The notes under the pieces are model-generated. The model made no database searches, was not told where the DNA came from, and saw nothing but the letters and a program-made list of their open reading frames with translations. Below are positions 63,866 to 64,000 of a stretch of DNA of 64,000 bases, piece after piece (position 1 is the stretch's first letter; the number at the start of each line of letters is the position of its first letter). The position numbers and the translations under genes are program-made. Origin of the DNA: Bacteroidales bacterium (GTDB taxonomy: Bacteria; Bacteroidota; Bacteroidia; Bacteroidales; VadinHA17); contig JARGFQ010000017.1 in NCBI GenBank assembly GCA_029210565.1, forward strand, positions 2,798 to 66,797, read 5' to 3'.

Positions 63866-64000
63866 ATGATAACATTCGAGGAAGCTTACAACACAGTAAT
63901 GGCACATGTTTTCCGCACCGGCACAGAGCAGGTGAAGGCGAGTGATGCCGTCGGCCGCGCCCTAACCGCGCCGGTGAAGAGCGACATGGACATGCCGCCG
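63866..64000 (+). CDS. moeA: Molybdopterin molybdotransferase MoeA, 5' end (runs off the window)
   Basis: MITFEEAYNTVMAHV...VKASDAVGRALTAPVKSDMDMPP is the typical MoeA N-terminus. Confidence 0.7.
   Translation, partial: MITFEEAYNTVMAHVFRTGTEQVKASDAVGRALTAPVKSDMDMPP

Overview
The window reads as a Bacteroidota chromosomal segment. Supporting signs are two FISUMP/TIGR02145-type lipoproteins, a SusC-like CarboxypepD_reg+Plug N-terminus, GldL-like FKIxHWPGAG membrane hairpins, TAnnTTTG -7 promoter boxes and many lipoprotein signal peptides. I count about 65 genes or gene remnants. By eye there is no rRNA, tRNA, CRISPR array or intact transposase.

Layout:
- 0.1-9.7 kb (visibly more A+T-rich): a conflict-type island. 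It holds a Fic AMPylase translationally coupled to a small nucleoside-deoxyribosyltransferase-like gene, a 1612-aa exonuclease+RecQ+UvrD triple-fusion helicase, an MNT antitoxin next to a decayed HepT toxin, and a DUF6569/ARPP-1-like gene facing an HTH regulator.
- 9.8-19.7 kb: a complete 5-oxoprolinase operon (pxpABC) and a second, internally deleted pxpA'-'pxpC copy still attached to its YcsG-like NRAMP gene. Mobile and toxin-antitoxin debris lies between the two copies. An AAA+/PD-(D/E)xK ATPase gene abuts a 5'-truncated ddaH.
- 20-41 kb: mostly housekeeping and envelope genes, including an OhrR-like MarR + glutathione peroxidase pair with a shared palindromic operator, a long KamA radical-SAM protein and a DEAD-box helicase.
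- 41.5-48.5 kb: the most unusual block. Two paralogous secreted proteins (Ca-loop domain, then a W/Y/H-rich segment, then a long Ser/Arg-rich repetitive tail) flank a PadR operon that encodes two GldL-like multi-hairpin membrane proteins, plus a plug-only TonB-receptor-like gene.
- 49-64 kb: redox genes, a peptidase cluster (Ntn hydrolase + apparently zinc-ligand-less M14 paralog + intact M14), PPK2, and a WtpA-type tungstate/molybdate ABC system followed by moeA.

Cross-cutting oddities:
- Truncated or interrupted genes are very dense, including two in-frame TAG codons.
- Heptanucleotide tandem arrays and short hairpin modules recur in intergenic spacers.

All family assignments come from motif recognition by eye. 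No database search was run.
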